DNA of 64,000 bases from Bugula neritina (Eukaryota; Animalia; Bryozoa). Each line of letters starts with the position of its first letter. Within the stretch, counting starts at the first letter, position 1. Under the pieces are notes generated by a model that saw only the letters and a program-made list of their open reading frames with translations, was not told the origin of the DNA and did not search any database. The stretch spans positions 12,492,633-12,556,632 of the forward strand of contig OZ037769.1 of assembly GCA_964035545.1 (NCBI GenBank). Direction: 5' to 3'. The position numbers and the translations under genes were made by a program. Of this stretch, positions 1 to 13,280 are shown in pieces.

Positions 1-214
1 AGTATGCTTACTATGCACACATAACTACAGCTTAAGAAACCTAATAGCGGACTTTGAAAACTTGAGCCCGGACACATTAAATATAGCTGATATTTTACGT
101 TATGGCCTACCGTACGGTAAGTGTGAATGAGGGGTAAGAAACACACATATTTACAGACGAGCAGTTAAATAATCAACTTGTATAATATAGGCCTAGATCA
201 TAACTAATACTCAC

Positions 215-3200
215 TGGTAACGGGTGGCCTATAGACTCTTTTACAATGGAGCACACAATGGAAGGAACTTGGCTATGTTTTACTAGCTTCTCTTTGCTTA
301 TAGAACTTTGATCTACAAAGAATGTAATATATTTTTTTTGCAAAGTTTGTATGCAAAAAAACTATAATTTTCCGCTTAACAATAAATAAAAGAAATCTAT
401 ATGTTACTAACAATGATGCAATACCTTCACATTTGTAGCTTAAGTGATGCAAATATCTCAAAATAAGTAATTCTTCTAATAATAGTAAAATGACAATGAT
501 ATATGTAGCAGTTACTCATGAAAAAACTTACTATTATATACGACACTTACTATTGTATATTATACTTACATAATTGTATATAACACTTACTGTCAACTGC
601 TAGGTACAGAGATTGCTGTAAGTTAACTATCATGGCTGCCACTGCTGCCTTCTGAGTAGTCAGCGTCTCTTCAGCTGAGAAAATGATCAAAAAATTAAAA
701 TAATAATAATATGCTGACTCAAATACAATATGCATCAAAGCTATCATTATAAAAAGTTGTGTTAAGCCCATATGCTTATGTAAATGTATGAAGAGATAAA
801 GTAACAGGCATAATATTAGTATAATGATAATAAAGCCAAGCTGCTAGCATTGGTCTACATCTTATTACAGCTAGTGAAAACCTATACAATATCTATATGT
901 TTACTTTTACCTGACTTGGAATTTTGCATGTACAGTTTATTCTCTAATGTAATATACCATCACAAAACAATAAATTACTCTCACATAATATAGGCCTACT
1001 ACAAAAATATGTTACTGTACATTATAGTATAATACCAGAGCAAATATTATATTACTACAATATATGTTACATAGTTACAATATCATATACTATTACATAA
1101 TATTTTAGTATTGCAAATGTAAAATATATTTCAGTTTAAATTTCCTATAGTTTCATGGTAACAACCTTAGTGAAGGAAATGGTGTTGTAGCATTAAATAA
1201 CCTATGAACTTGCTTCCTTCTACTTCAACAAAAATGAGTCAGTTAATTGTGATTAGCAATTCCTCCCCATCCAGTAATACAAGAGTGTGGGGGCGGGTAC
1301 CTGGTGCCCGCTAAGCAAGTCTGTTGCTCGCACTAGATGAATCTTTAACTTATTCTTACTCACTCTGTGAATCTGTCACCTCTCCAACCAAACCCTCTTT
1401 GAGCTGGCCCGTGAGCATGCTCAGTTCTACTAGGAATCTTTTCACTTCCTCTTCTTTAAGATCATCGAATGTGAGTTCGGCTGTAGTCAAAAATACCAGA
1501 GTTGTGTTAGAGTACCAGATTCCATCATTTAGATATAGAATTAAAGATGTTCGTATTTACACTTTCAGTGGCTATATTTGGTAGTCAAATCAGTTCCCTA
1601 GGTTACCTTTACATATACTGTCAATACTACAGCTAGTCTCACCACGCCCGTACATAAGTAAATAATGTATTGGATACTAAACATCTGCGTTTATCTAGTA
1701 CCTGATATGATATATACTAGTAATACTATGCAGTGTGGAGCATATATAAGTTTAAAGTCTGGGGATAAATGCACTTTTAAACTAACACATCAAAGTTTTA
1801 CCCTGTAGTCACAGTCTATGTGCTGCAACTAGCTGCTACATACAGACCTTGTTTGTTAACCACATCTGTAGAGGATGAGAAAGCTTCAGTGTTATCCGAG
1901 AATGAAACCATTTCTTCTGCTGTAAATAAATTTTAAAATAAAATAAATTTTAAGTTTATAAGTTTAAAAGTTTTATAAATTCAATGCACACCGGAAATAA
2001 TAACATACACCAATAATAAATGGTTTATATAATTTGGAGAGTGAAAGTTTTATAATGAAAACACATTTTAAGAACAGAAGTTATACATAACATAAGAAGG
2101 TGTAATTTTCAATTAATTACTTTTCATTAGCAAATTTTAGCAACAAACCTTTCTGCAAAATATTTTCACCAGGCCGAGTTTTTGAGTTGAAGAAATCGCT
2201 CGCATCAAGCTTAGCAGAGTGTGTTTGGGAAGGAACCAACTGAACGAGTTGATCCTTCGAGTCTTGAGTAGGTGCCTTTGGTTTGGGTTCAGAGGTCACA
2301 TTTAGAAAGCTTTTCATTGATCTCCTAAAGTCCTCCAGAGATAAAGGAGGAATCTGTTCCCTGGTGTCACAGGCTACAAAGTATTTAACAATATAGATTT
2401 GTTCTATAAGCAGCACTGAGTTAGAGGTGACTGAGTGCAGTAGTTTGGGATTTTCAAGTTTGAGGTTGGAGGATGTAACTTCAAACTTGAGAACCTCAAA
2501 CTACTGCACTCAGTCACCTCTAACTCAGTGCTGCTTATAGAACAATCCAACACTATGAGTCAAAACAACGAACAGCGCGGACACTAAGTAATTGCTGCAC
2601 CAAAATGAGACAGAAATGCAAATTTTCTGTCATAAAATATCATTCCAAAAAAGATCATATAGAATGTTTGTTGTCGTTCTAATAAGTTTGCTAATGTTTT
2701 TTATAATATAATATATAGTATTTCAATCTAATTATAGAATGGAGAAGATAACCCCATATTTCTAGTTATTACAGAGCCTCTGCAATGTAGACTGCTAACA
2801 AATCATAGCAAGCTGACAACAGCTGAAAGATTTCACTCTGTTAAAATCAAATGAGATATTTTACTAAGTAGTACAAACAAGAAGAAAGTAGAAATATTAT
2901 AAGCACAACACAGTTACTGCATATTTACATTCAATGCTATAGCCACAGTATGCATCTGCACAGAGTTGTTATATAGTTTGTTCCCTCCATATTTCACAGA
3001 TGCAGTTCTCACAAAATTCCATAGGTCAAAAGAAGGGCTTGGACACCTCGCCCCTCCCCCCCCCTTTGTGGCTTATGTATGTGTGTATAGGGACAAAATA
3101 GCCGACTTTAACAGATTCGCTAGTTGAATCTGGTATTCTACTATGTTGGCAATAAGGTTGCGTGAGATATGGAGGGAGCACTGTATGTAGTTTGCTCTTT

Positions 3201-6168
3201 TTTTCATAGAAATAACATTGTATTGCATACAACTTACTCTAACATTACTAGAAGTAGTTCAACTTTATAGCAAGTGTCTATATAATTAGACTAAACTATT
3301 ACATAATAGTTTGAACAAATAACACATGATAAAAATTATAGAGATCCTGTTAAAACTGAAAAAGCTGCTGTAAATATCACCTGACAGTTTTTCTTTGAGT
3401 ACAGCAGAGATTTCTTTGTGAACAGACCTGACAAACTGTCCGCTGACGCTGTCATATGAGAATCGAGATTCATCTTCCAGATAATCTCTAAACATGCAAA
3501 GTTCAAAGTCTCATATAACATATGCACTGAGAACAACTCACTATGCATGAGTGAATATATTTTTGCAAAGTAGGTGCAGTAATGGAGAAATTGAGAAAAA
3601 TATGTGTTCTAAATTAGAAATTTAGCAAAAGAAGTTATGTTATCGAAAAAAGTCCTAACCCACGCTTCAAACCAAAATGAAATAAGATTATTAAAGAACT
3701 TAGGCCATGTCAGTTGGTCTACTACCGTTCCTATCTAAATGTAGCTAGCCTGTTTTGATGAGAAAGGGTAATATGGGCTCTGTAACCTATATAATAGCGA
3801 TCTGGTTTACTACATTGTTTCCCTATATCTAGCTCAAAATTTCTTTCTCGCTGCTGTAAATCTGCTCTAGTAAGAATTAGATATGCTTTATGGGAGACAT
3901 ATACATAAAACAAACAATATACATCAAAATGTTACAGCACTAGTCTTATGACAGTTGTCTTCTTTATGCAGCTTGTAGAAAATTGGTGCTATAAACGTTA
4001 GCCTTTTGGCATACAGCATGTATTTTCAGCAGTAGCATTGAGCATTATCAAGAAGACTCAGTATAAAAGTGGGGGGTTATAACAGTGGATGATGATATCA
4101 AAACACCATATCTAGTTGATTTCCAGCCATTGAGTTTATATTTTTATCATAAATATTCCATCCACACCCATTGATAAATTGATCAATATGATTTTAAGGA
4201 TTTTGAGCTAACTTCGCTACTTCCACAGCTAAGCTTTCCACAAATTTTGACATCACGTACACTGAAAGTGATAATTATGCTATAAACTTCTCCATGAGGG
4301 AGCACAACTTCTCAGCATGTGAATTCTACATCGGAAATATAGTGCAAGAGTGCTTTTTCCAGATATGCACTTCCTTTTATTTTCAAAACCCGTGCATGAA
4401 TAGTGGTATATTATCAAGCAATGGCTAGTGTAACAATAGCCTTGTTGTTTGTAATCTTTTATTGTATGCCGCACTAATTACAATATCCTTTAGTTTGTAG
4501 TGAAGAACCAAATCATGAATCCTATGATAGAAAGTTGGTTGGTAGTTTATTATAACCAGTGCAAATATTATATACATCTGTAAACACCTTGACATTGCAC
4601 AGGTCATTGAAATAGCTTGAGATTCTACTTGTCAGTAATGTGACAGCAAATGTAACACCCCTGTTAAAGAATTCCTGACACACCTTATTTATTTAGCATT
4701 AAAATATTCATACATTATATCCTAACTATTACCTACAGACTATTCGAGGATTGCATGCCCTAACCATTTCGTCTGTTGCATGGTATTATAAAACTAATAG
4801 AAAGTATTGCTGACTTCCATAGCATGCTATTCTTAGCTGCAACATACAGCCTAATCACTGAACTGGCCTGAAATTTCAAAGTTTAAACTTTTGGTGCAAG
4901 GTAACTGAAAAGGCCTATAAAGAGTTAATATACAGAAAAATCATACAGATACAGATATTCAAGACCAAAAAGTATACACAATTACTTAACTCTCCTAAGC
5001 AGATATACTCAAGGATTTCAAAATCTGTGAAGGTGAAATTATAACTATGAGCTGACAAAATCAACTTCCTTAATGATATTAACAATCTCTAAAGTTCACT
5101 ATAAAAGAACTGCACAAACATTGTCACGGGTAAAATTGTTCTACAAGCAGCTTCGAGCTGGGGGTGATTAAGTGCAATAGTTTGGGAGTTTTGGAGTTGG
5201 GGGGTTTCAATAAATCTCCAACTCGAAGCTGCCTATAGAACAATCCTTACAGTACAATACTCACTCATATCCCGGCTCATCGCTGTGGCACTGGCATACA
5301 TAAGCGGCAAGCTTCGTCTCCCAGAGAGAACATAACTTACAAATCCACTGAGAACAAATTACGCATTGAACACGCCTTTTGGCGTTAGGAGAGAGCGTGT
5401 CACCACACTGAGAGCAATGCTGACAGTTACTAGCTCGACCTCTAGAGGTCGTGGACCCCCTTGAGTAGCTGCCTTGTGAACTAGTCCGTTTACCACCTGG
5501 GGAGAGACTGTTGGTGGAGGTGCTAGGAGTTACATAATGGTCCAGTGACTGTTGGAGGGTGTAGGAGAGGTGAGATAAACTCTCCAGTGAGTCCACCACG
5601 CTTCTGGCTCTATGGTCAATCGGTGGCTTGCCCAGAACTCGGTTTGACTCTTCAGGTCTGCAATGGAAGTCATATCTAGATGCTACCTTGGTAGATTACT
5701 ACCTGATCAACAGCTACTATATGGTGAGACTGAGAATTTCATTAAACCATTTTGGCAACCAAATAAAACAATTGGATTCTTTTAATTAACCATAATATGT
5801 TTCAATTTTTCATTTAAATAAAATGTCCCTGAAATATATTTTTACTTTGCGCTAACATATAATGTATTTTGCAGAATTATTTCACCATACTACCTTATAA
5901 AACCAATTTACAAGTTATTATTCGAGATGAGTATTTTATATTTACTAGGGGAGGATTCAAGACTAGAGGAAATCCCAACTGCATTGTCTTGAAATAGTCT
6001 CAAACCTATAAACCAGCTGAGAGTTAGAGATGACACACAGACAGATAATGATCACCTTAGCCGAATTCTCTCCTTGGTTCTCAGTTCCCTGTCTCTCTCC
6101 AAGACGTCAAGTAACGTCTCGCATTCATTCTCAGACAAGTGCTCTACATTTAGTCTATTACTAAACAT
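215..6168 (-). CDS. Rab effector-like protein (MyRIP/melanophilin/Slp-homology domain + FYVE-type Zn finger); 3'-partial, continues beyond the left edge
   Basis: Predicted exons (minus strand): 6168-6056, 5657-5265, 3487-3381, 2373-2170 (alternative donor near 2148), 1919-1848, 1480-1364, 674-591, 312-215. All have GT-AG ends and compatible phases. The N-terminus MFSNRLNVEHLSENECETLLDVLERDRELRTKERIRL matches the SHD1 helix pattern (LS.L...E...IL.VL.RD..LR.KE..RL). Exon 2 carries CSQC...CVIC...CKLC...YVCQCH. Confidence 0.75.
2399..2545. mobile_element. Palindromic (foldback) MITE family A, copy 1
   Basis: Near-perfect ~65-bp inverted arms TTGTTCTATAAGCAGCACTGAGTTAGAGG...CCTCTAACTCAGTGCTGCTTATAGAACAA. 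Related copies occur elsewhere in the window. Confidence 0.85.
2975..3183. mobile_element. Tc1/mariner/pogo-type MITE family B (TIR CAGTGCTCCCTCCATATCTCAC), copy 1
   Basis: Terminal inverted repeats (the right one followed by TA). The interior is shared with the copies at 57479, 59825 and 62109. Confidence 0.75.
3572..3733. mobile_element. MITE family C (TIR TAGGTGCAGTAATGGAGAAATTGAGA), degenerate copy
   Basis: The first ~65 bp are nearly identical to 50703 onward; the right end is decayed. Confidence 0.6.
5136..5244. mobile_element. Palindromic MITE family A, copy 2 (internally deleted)
   Basis: ATTGTTCTACAAGCAGCTTCGAG...CTCGAAGCTGCCTATAGAACAAT termini. Confidence 0.75.
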
Positions 6169-6616
6169 GACTCTGCTCTGGCTCTAGCAAGTTTTTAGCA
6201 AATACTGTAAATGAAATGTTGAACTGATTTATCCGTCAAACTTGAGAAAATAATTGCTAATCTTTATGCCTTCAACAAAGTACATATTTGGATGGTACAC
6301 AGTTGTCTGCCCAGATTTATGCTAAACAAAAAGGTGTGAACTTTTGTGTCCAAATAATTCCAAAGTATTTCTTAGGTATGTAAAAAGAAAACTTTCTGAA
6401 TTTCACTCTGAGATATTAGTGGAAAAAAGTTGGTCAATAGGCTGTGATAATAATATATGCAATATTTATAGATTTAAAAATTAATTCTGTCCATCCTAAA
6501 ATATAGATATCACCAACTTAAAATTATTAAGAATAGAGTAATTCAAAGCAAAATAGATTAAGCTGATAAAGCTATTCACATGACACTAAATCAGGTCATC
6601 AAGGTCAAGTATTCGG

Positions 6617-6714
6617 TAGAACACACTGTAGAACACACTGTAAAACACACTGTAGAACACACTGTAGAACACACTGTAGAACACACTGTAAAACACACTG
6701 TAGAACACACCGTA
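6617..6714. repeat. 12-bp minisatellite (TAGAACACACTG) x ~8
   Basis: Tandem copies are directly visible. Confidence 0.95.
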
Positions 6715-8266
6715 ATGTGACGTTCTCAATCTGCCTAAACTATACCATGAAAGAGTGAATAATAACTTCTTCCCAATGAACTAAAAATCTAGCTATAGTT
6801 CAATAATGCTTTTTCCAGTTATAAATGTGGTAAAAAGTGAACGCCCTGAGAGCATCTGGTGTTAGTCTACTATCATATCATCTGTAGGCCTATGCATTGT
6901 ATGTTACAGTGAGATGTTATGATGTATGCCGCAGCTTTGACTATACAATATACAACTGTATGTGCTACAGTGTCTGTGCTACAGCGTATGTTATGATGTA
7001 CACCACAGCATTAACTGCACAATGTCCAGCTGCTTACCTGGTAGTAGCTAAGGATCTAAGCAGAGTGGCACATTTCTATCCCACAATTCCTTCCAACTTC
7101 GTCTGCTTACTTATACTGTAAGAGAAAATTTATAGTAATGTCTTAAAATAGTTCAATTGTAAAACCTGCAGTCACCTAGCATAGTTGTAAACACAATACA
7201 ACTATATAAATTATACTCTGTATTGTGATGCACCAACTCAGATATAAAGCTATCTGACAAGTACATGCCACTATAGTGTCAACAGGTGCTACTTAAGCTA
7301 CTACATGCGCAATGTGCTTGCAGAGTGAGTCATGACTATGCTCTAAGTTTGCTCTATACAAATTTCACCTTACAATAGAGGGCTTGTCGGTTGAAACTGA
7401 TATGCTACTTATATCTAGATCAAATAATACAAAAAAGATGAAGGGAAATCAACTGCGGCTTTTTTTTCAACAGAATACATAATAGTAGCTGGTATAATCA
7501 TGCTGGACTGTATTATATACAATATATTTGTAAACATATTATATCTTCTTGTAAATACTCTCTTTCAACATATGAGTGTAAAACATAATATTATTGGCTC
7601 TTTAATAAAAGGCTGTCCTACTAAGGTGAACATGAGTTTAGTCCTACTCGTAGGGTGAATAGATTAGATTATAAAACCACTTATCTTATTTCATACACAA
7701 GATAAAGCTAATTGCCGAAGAACTGCATGCACCCGATGGTCTAACAAGCTTACGGAATTGTTAATATTAGTTGTGCCTTTTGACAGACAATGCAACTGGT
7801 GCATTGTGGTAAATAGTTATTGGCTTCCTGAGTATCCATGGCAACTGCCAAACTAACTGCCCTAGTTCCCATGCATGAAAAATTCATTCACATAATGCTA
7901 AGTATAGGAACACAGTGCGTTGTTAATAAGAACCATCAAGTATTCGTGATGCAGTGTAAATGACATAAGAAGTGTTGACCCAACTCAAAAACATCTGGTA
8001 ATAATAGTAATTGTCAATGCATGAGCTCAGAGATGTACATAACTTGCGGATAAAAGAGTAAATCTGCAATCTACACCAAATACAATTCATATGTGTCCTT
8101 GATCTCGTAAATTTTCCAGAAGTTTAAACTGATTTATTAAAATCTCAGGCGTTAGTGGCGCATTACATCAGTGTATTCCAAACTATAAAATGAGATTTTT
8201 TAGAATAAATAAGGTGAATAATACACCCTGCATATTTATCCAGAGCTCCTAAGAATTTTGCAACAT

Positions 8267-8476
8267 GGAACAGCCTTTATCTAGGGGTTAGAGCACATGG
8301 CTTAAAGTAAACCCTTAGTCGTGGGTTCAAACCTCTGTACAGGCCATTGGTGATGTTAGGAAAAGCATCCAGTAATAATTGCTCCTGTGCCACATATGAA
8401 TATAAGTCCTTAGCTTTCTTTAAAAAACCTTTCCATTAGGGGTGTCTTACAGGGATAGCGACTATAAACTTGTGTC
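8267..8476 (+). mobile_element. tRNA-derived SINE, diverged copy
   Basis: Colinear with 11963-12176: TCTAGGGGTTA A-box region, GGGTTCAAACC B box, GGCCATTGGTGATGTTAGGAAAAGCATCCAGT core. Confidence 0.8.
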
Positions 8477-8649
8477 AGTTTTTCACAAGTTTTTTCTAAG
8501 AGTTCTCCAATATTTGCATGCTCAGCAAATTTATGTAGCCTCAAAATTATAATTCAAACTGGTTTTTGCAACACCTTGTGCCTGAGAGTGAGACACCTTA
8601 ATATCCCAAGTTCCTTAATTTTCATTATAAATCTTTGATATTTTTCATA

Positions 8650-8693
8650 TCTAGAACACAGGCTTTTCCCAATTTCTCCGTTACTGCACCTAC
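8650..8693 (-). mobile_element. MITE family C terminal fragment
   Basis: Its reverse complement GTAGGTGCAGTAACGGAGAAATTGGGAAAAGCCTGTGTTCTAGA matches 50702 onward. Confidence 0.65.
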
Positions 8694-11600
8694 CTCGTGA
8701 GTGTCTAGTATACATGCATGGTACGTACTTAATATACTTCCAATACACCAATATTTCCAAGAACATGTGTAATTATAAAGTTGTTTCAATTTTACATTGA
8801 AGTTATGCCTCTTGCTTAGGTTGGCTTGACTGTGCTAACTTTGAAAACCACAAATAAAGGCACTTTCTAAAATTACAAGCCTCGAAACAACATTGATAAT
8901 TTTTTAGTTTATAATGGTTTGAAGAAGTTTTGTAATATGACATTTTGTAAACAAGTATAATATTGTCTAATTTCTATAACTAATACTGCGTTGCCTACAC
9001 TAGTGTCGTATGAAGCAGCAAATACCCACAGCCATCAGGCTTCAAATGAGGCAGCTGTTGGCAAGAACTTTAGAAATTGATTAACATGATGTTAGAACCA
9101 ATGCACAAACTTAGAAGCAATTACTTTCTGTAAGATGCATGACTAATAGTGATGGCAATGACAATGGTGATAATCTTAATCAGTTAATGTCACCTCACCA
9201 CTAGGTAGAGGACCAAACAACCAGAGTATTTAATATTGCCTAGTGTTGTAACTGTTATGGATTGAGATGCAGCTAAGCCTTAGGCCTTCTAATTAAATTC
9301 GGCATTTATGTTAAGAAATGCAAACGTGTCTAGCTAAAACAGAACTGATGCTATGAGAAACTCAAACTGAAGCTAGAAATCCGCACCTACCTACACAATC
9401 GGCTGATGGTCCTGTTATTTGTTTGGTTGAGGGAGTACGTCGTAGAGAAGTCACACTCAACCTGTTGCTTATCTACTAACCAATATCTATACTAACGATT
9501 AACTAAATGATAATACTAATGATAGCAGTATAGTATGTAATTATAACATCGCATTAAATTATCATCGCATTAAATTATATTATTTTGAGGTAACAGCAGA
9601 CGGTGCTAGTAGCAGTGAGGCTGCGCGACAATATGAATGAATTGAATCAGTATACTATCCGTTCTCTACTTCATCGCGCAGGTTACAACGACTAGCCTAT
9701 CAGAATAATCGTGCCCTTCTGATGTATCAACAAGGTATAATGTAGCACTGGTAATTGCAATAGGCTCAGTGATTGTTAACAAAAGAATTAATAATTATAA
9801 ATTATCGGCAAGTTTGCATAAAAGACATTTTGTTTGTCTATAAATTCTACAGTCAGGCTAGATAAACACCTATACTGGTGGAAACAAATGTGTCAAATCC
9901 AAACTTGGAATGCCTGAGAAATGGCAGCAAACTAGAAGTTATCATCTCTATATAGAATATTTTTCCAGAATTCTATACAAGCAGGGTTTTTATTATACAG
10001 AAGAGTAGAGAGAAGCCTAAGCCCCAATGCTACTAAGCGGTCCAAGTGAAAAATTGAAGTGAAAAGGGAAAAAAATTATCAAAAACTTCCTTAGAACAAT
10101 TTCCCAGAAAAACCTGCCTTTTATAGAAATGTCTATTATAATTTTCAAATTTTTATCAATATTTTTAGACCGGGTATCCCACCGTTTGCTCCAGAGTTTG
10201 ACCAATGATTTCAATAAATAGCTGCCAATCAATTATAACCATTTATGCTTAGAGTTAGTTTAAGCTTAGCAATATAAGACCAAATTCGACTAAAAATTCA
10301 AAAGCACTATCCTACTTTTAAATTCTGTACAACACAGCAAATTTTGGCCATATAAATTAAAATATATTGTAAATACAGTCAGACAAAGAAAAAGTATTTG
10401 GGTTGCCCGATGTTAACTTTTTACTGTTATAATTTTGGTGTTCGGTTTTTTTATTCAAAGTTGCTATGATATAGAGGTTTACATAAATTAAGTGACAATA
10501 ACTGTAACTTTTATCCAAGAGTTCTCAAAGAGTAGCCTACAAGTCAAGAATTAGAAACTGCTGGTGACAAATGTAAAATTACCACAAATCTCGCATAAAA
10601 ATTTTTAGTAACTAAAATAGATGTAACAACTGCTAAAAACTGCCAAAAAGTCAGCAAGCAAACTATATTCGGTGTGGTTTTTTTAATCCTGTTGTTCTAA
10701 GATTAATGGTAATGGCAAACATTACCACAATATGCATGTGTAATCATGCTGAAAAATATAGCTATTAAAAATATTAAATTTAATATAATTATAATTATTA
10801 TCATTACATGGTAAATTACCTTCCACAATCTTGCCAGACCTTTTCATGACAGTCCATCAGGCGAAAATGGATATCAGTTTCATGAAAAATATTTCATTTT
10901 TATAATAATTTAACAATTATGAAGAACTTTTTTATTTCAGAATAGTACTACGAGGTTACTAGCTTCCATGAGTTAGTAAACTTTCCTGTCCGTGCACTGC
11001 TGTTGTCTGCTCATATTATTATGATTCACGCGGTGTCTCAGCTCTCCGGTGTTACTTTCATAATAATTATTATAGGGAAAAATCAAGATTATGAGAAGAT
11101 AACTTTTAGATAAAGAAATAAACTTTTGCGAAAACCTACAGATTTCCCGCGTTAGTGTTGCAGACGTATAGCTCGTAGACCAAGCAATGGTAAATTATAA
11201 TCATGAAAAGCAATCAGTTCAATAACCCTTGTTAAAACCACAGGTTATGTTACAATTTCAGCAGTCATTCTTTGAAACAGCCAGCTGCGTTCATATAATA
11301 CGTACGTACGTACACTATTACTTATAATTCAGGTTTTTGTGATAAATCAAGTCAATTGCTGGTTTTTGTGATAGCCATAGTTAGTAGTAAGAGTAAACTA
11401 CTGAAAGTCAAACCCCTTTAGTTTTATTTAGCACAATATTATAGTAAGTAATAGTAAGACAATAATTTTCAGAAGTAAAATTTGTCATTGAATTTGATGC
11501 CTAAACTTAAAGTTAAAGTTGATCAGTATCAGTACGAGTTTGTAGAAGTAGAAGTAGATACTGTTGGAATAAGAATTGGATGCTCACCTACTGGTAGTGG

Positions 11601-11962
11601 TACTGATAGTTATGCTCTCAGTCTTGTAGTTTCAATTTGAAGTCACTCTGTTTATCCTAAACGTTAGTCACTTACTTAGAGTTAGTCTTCAAGTTTAGCA
11701 CATAAAATTTGAATTTGTTGCAAATTTTTATATTTTCATTTGATTTTAATATAACATCAGTGTCACTCACTGTCAGACAATCAGTATCAGTATGACTATA
11801 AGACATTAGTATAGCTATATGCCATGATGATGACACTGGCAGTGGCAGTAAGACTAAGTGTAACTCAGTACAAGTATAAATACTAATAGTTGGCGTTCAA
11901 CTAATAACTTAGTGATTGAGTATTAAATTAAATTTATTTTTCATATTAACTATCAAGGTTAA

Positions 11963-12176
11963 AGAGAGCAGCCGTGGTCTAGGGGTTAAAGCGTTTGCCT
12001 TTTAAACACCAAGTCATGGGTTCGAGCCCTGACAAAGGCCATTAGTGATGTTAGGAAGAGCATCCAGTCACAATTGCTCCTGTGCCTCATTTAAATAAGT
12101 CCTTAGCCCGCTTTAACAAAAACCTTTTACACTAGGAGTTTCCTCACAGGGATGGTGACTTTAAACCTGTGTGATA
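11963..12176 (+). mobile_element. tRNA-derived SINE with 18-bp target-site duplication
   Basis: A box TGGTCTAGGGG and B box GGTTCGAGCCC, flanked by a perfect direct repeat ATTAACTATCAAGGTTAA (11945-11962 and 12177-12194). Confidence 0.9.
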
Positions 12177-13280
12177 ATTAACTATCAAGGTTAATATTTA
12201 AAATTAAAAACTATTAAATATAAAATATAGATTTATAAATATCCATCATCATGGTGATCTCAATCTGTTAACCATAACTTAACTGTATGGTAAAACTTTA
12301 TTTAGTAGTAGTAGTAATAATTTTTGTTTATTTTATTGTTTTTTTTTTATTAATATTATTATTATATGATTATGATTACTATTATTGTTATAAACTCTGG
12401 TAATGCAAATGGTCATGGTCACTTGGTGTTTAGCTAATAACTTTCATATTATTACTATTAGTTTTATTAAAATAAATATACCTGTATTAGAGTGGGTGTA
12501 GTCGGATTTTATATTTGTAGTCATAATGAATTGTGATACTAATACTGTGATAGTGATAGTCAGAACTCGGTCTGCAGATTTATACCTGATCTCAAAGTCA
12601 CGGTGATGACTAATGCTATAAGTAATAAATCATAATTGTTTATTAAATAAATGTTGTTATTGTTGAGCTATAAAAGTTGATATAATTAGTAATGACTATT
12701 AGTATTAGTAATATTTAATTTATGGTTAATATGTTTTAATAACAATCTTTAATACAGCTTTTAACCATTACCCAAGTGCTAGGTAGTCAATGGATTTGTT
12801 TATGTTATATTATTTTAACACCACTTGGTAACACTCTGTCCAACAACAGCTGGTGTCGATGACATGTTAAACTTCTTCAATTGCAGCTTTTGAACTGCAA
12901 AGTTATAAAATTCACTCAATGCTTGTAAATTTAGAATATGGAAGAAAATGTTTCACATAACGAAATTCCAGCAATAATTTTTTATAAGTGAGAATTATGC
13001 AGTTGAGCTTGTAGAGTTGAATAAAATATGTGGTGGTAAAATATTACAGTTGGTATAAACATTTGATGAGTCACCCTTACATATTCTACATGTAGAGTTT
13101 GATGAAATCCAACAAGTGCTTCATGTTTCACATATCAGCAGGCTGTGATATGTAGACAACTATAGCAATGGCTTCATTCTTTCTTGGTGACATGCCATGA
13201 CATATTATGACAACTTTAATTTTTTATTCTTAGATTTCAGAACATACTTCTTTACTAATTGTTTGTAGCATTGAAGTAAG

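Noticed and set aside
1293-1311. GCGGGTACCTGGTGCCCGC hairpin as a Helitron 3' end or terminator
   Set aside because: Isolated hairpin with no properly spaced CTRR end or second copy that I could confirm.
3731-3913. Extra exon of the Rab-effector gene (ADLQQRERNFELDIGK)
   Set aside because: The acceptor phase fits, but I found no phase-compatible GT donor, so it is left out of the model.
11963-12040. tRNA gene
   Set aside because: A and B boxes are present, but the sequence continues into a shared ~140-bp body with a TSD and has dispersed copies, so it is a SINE head.
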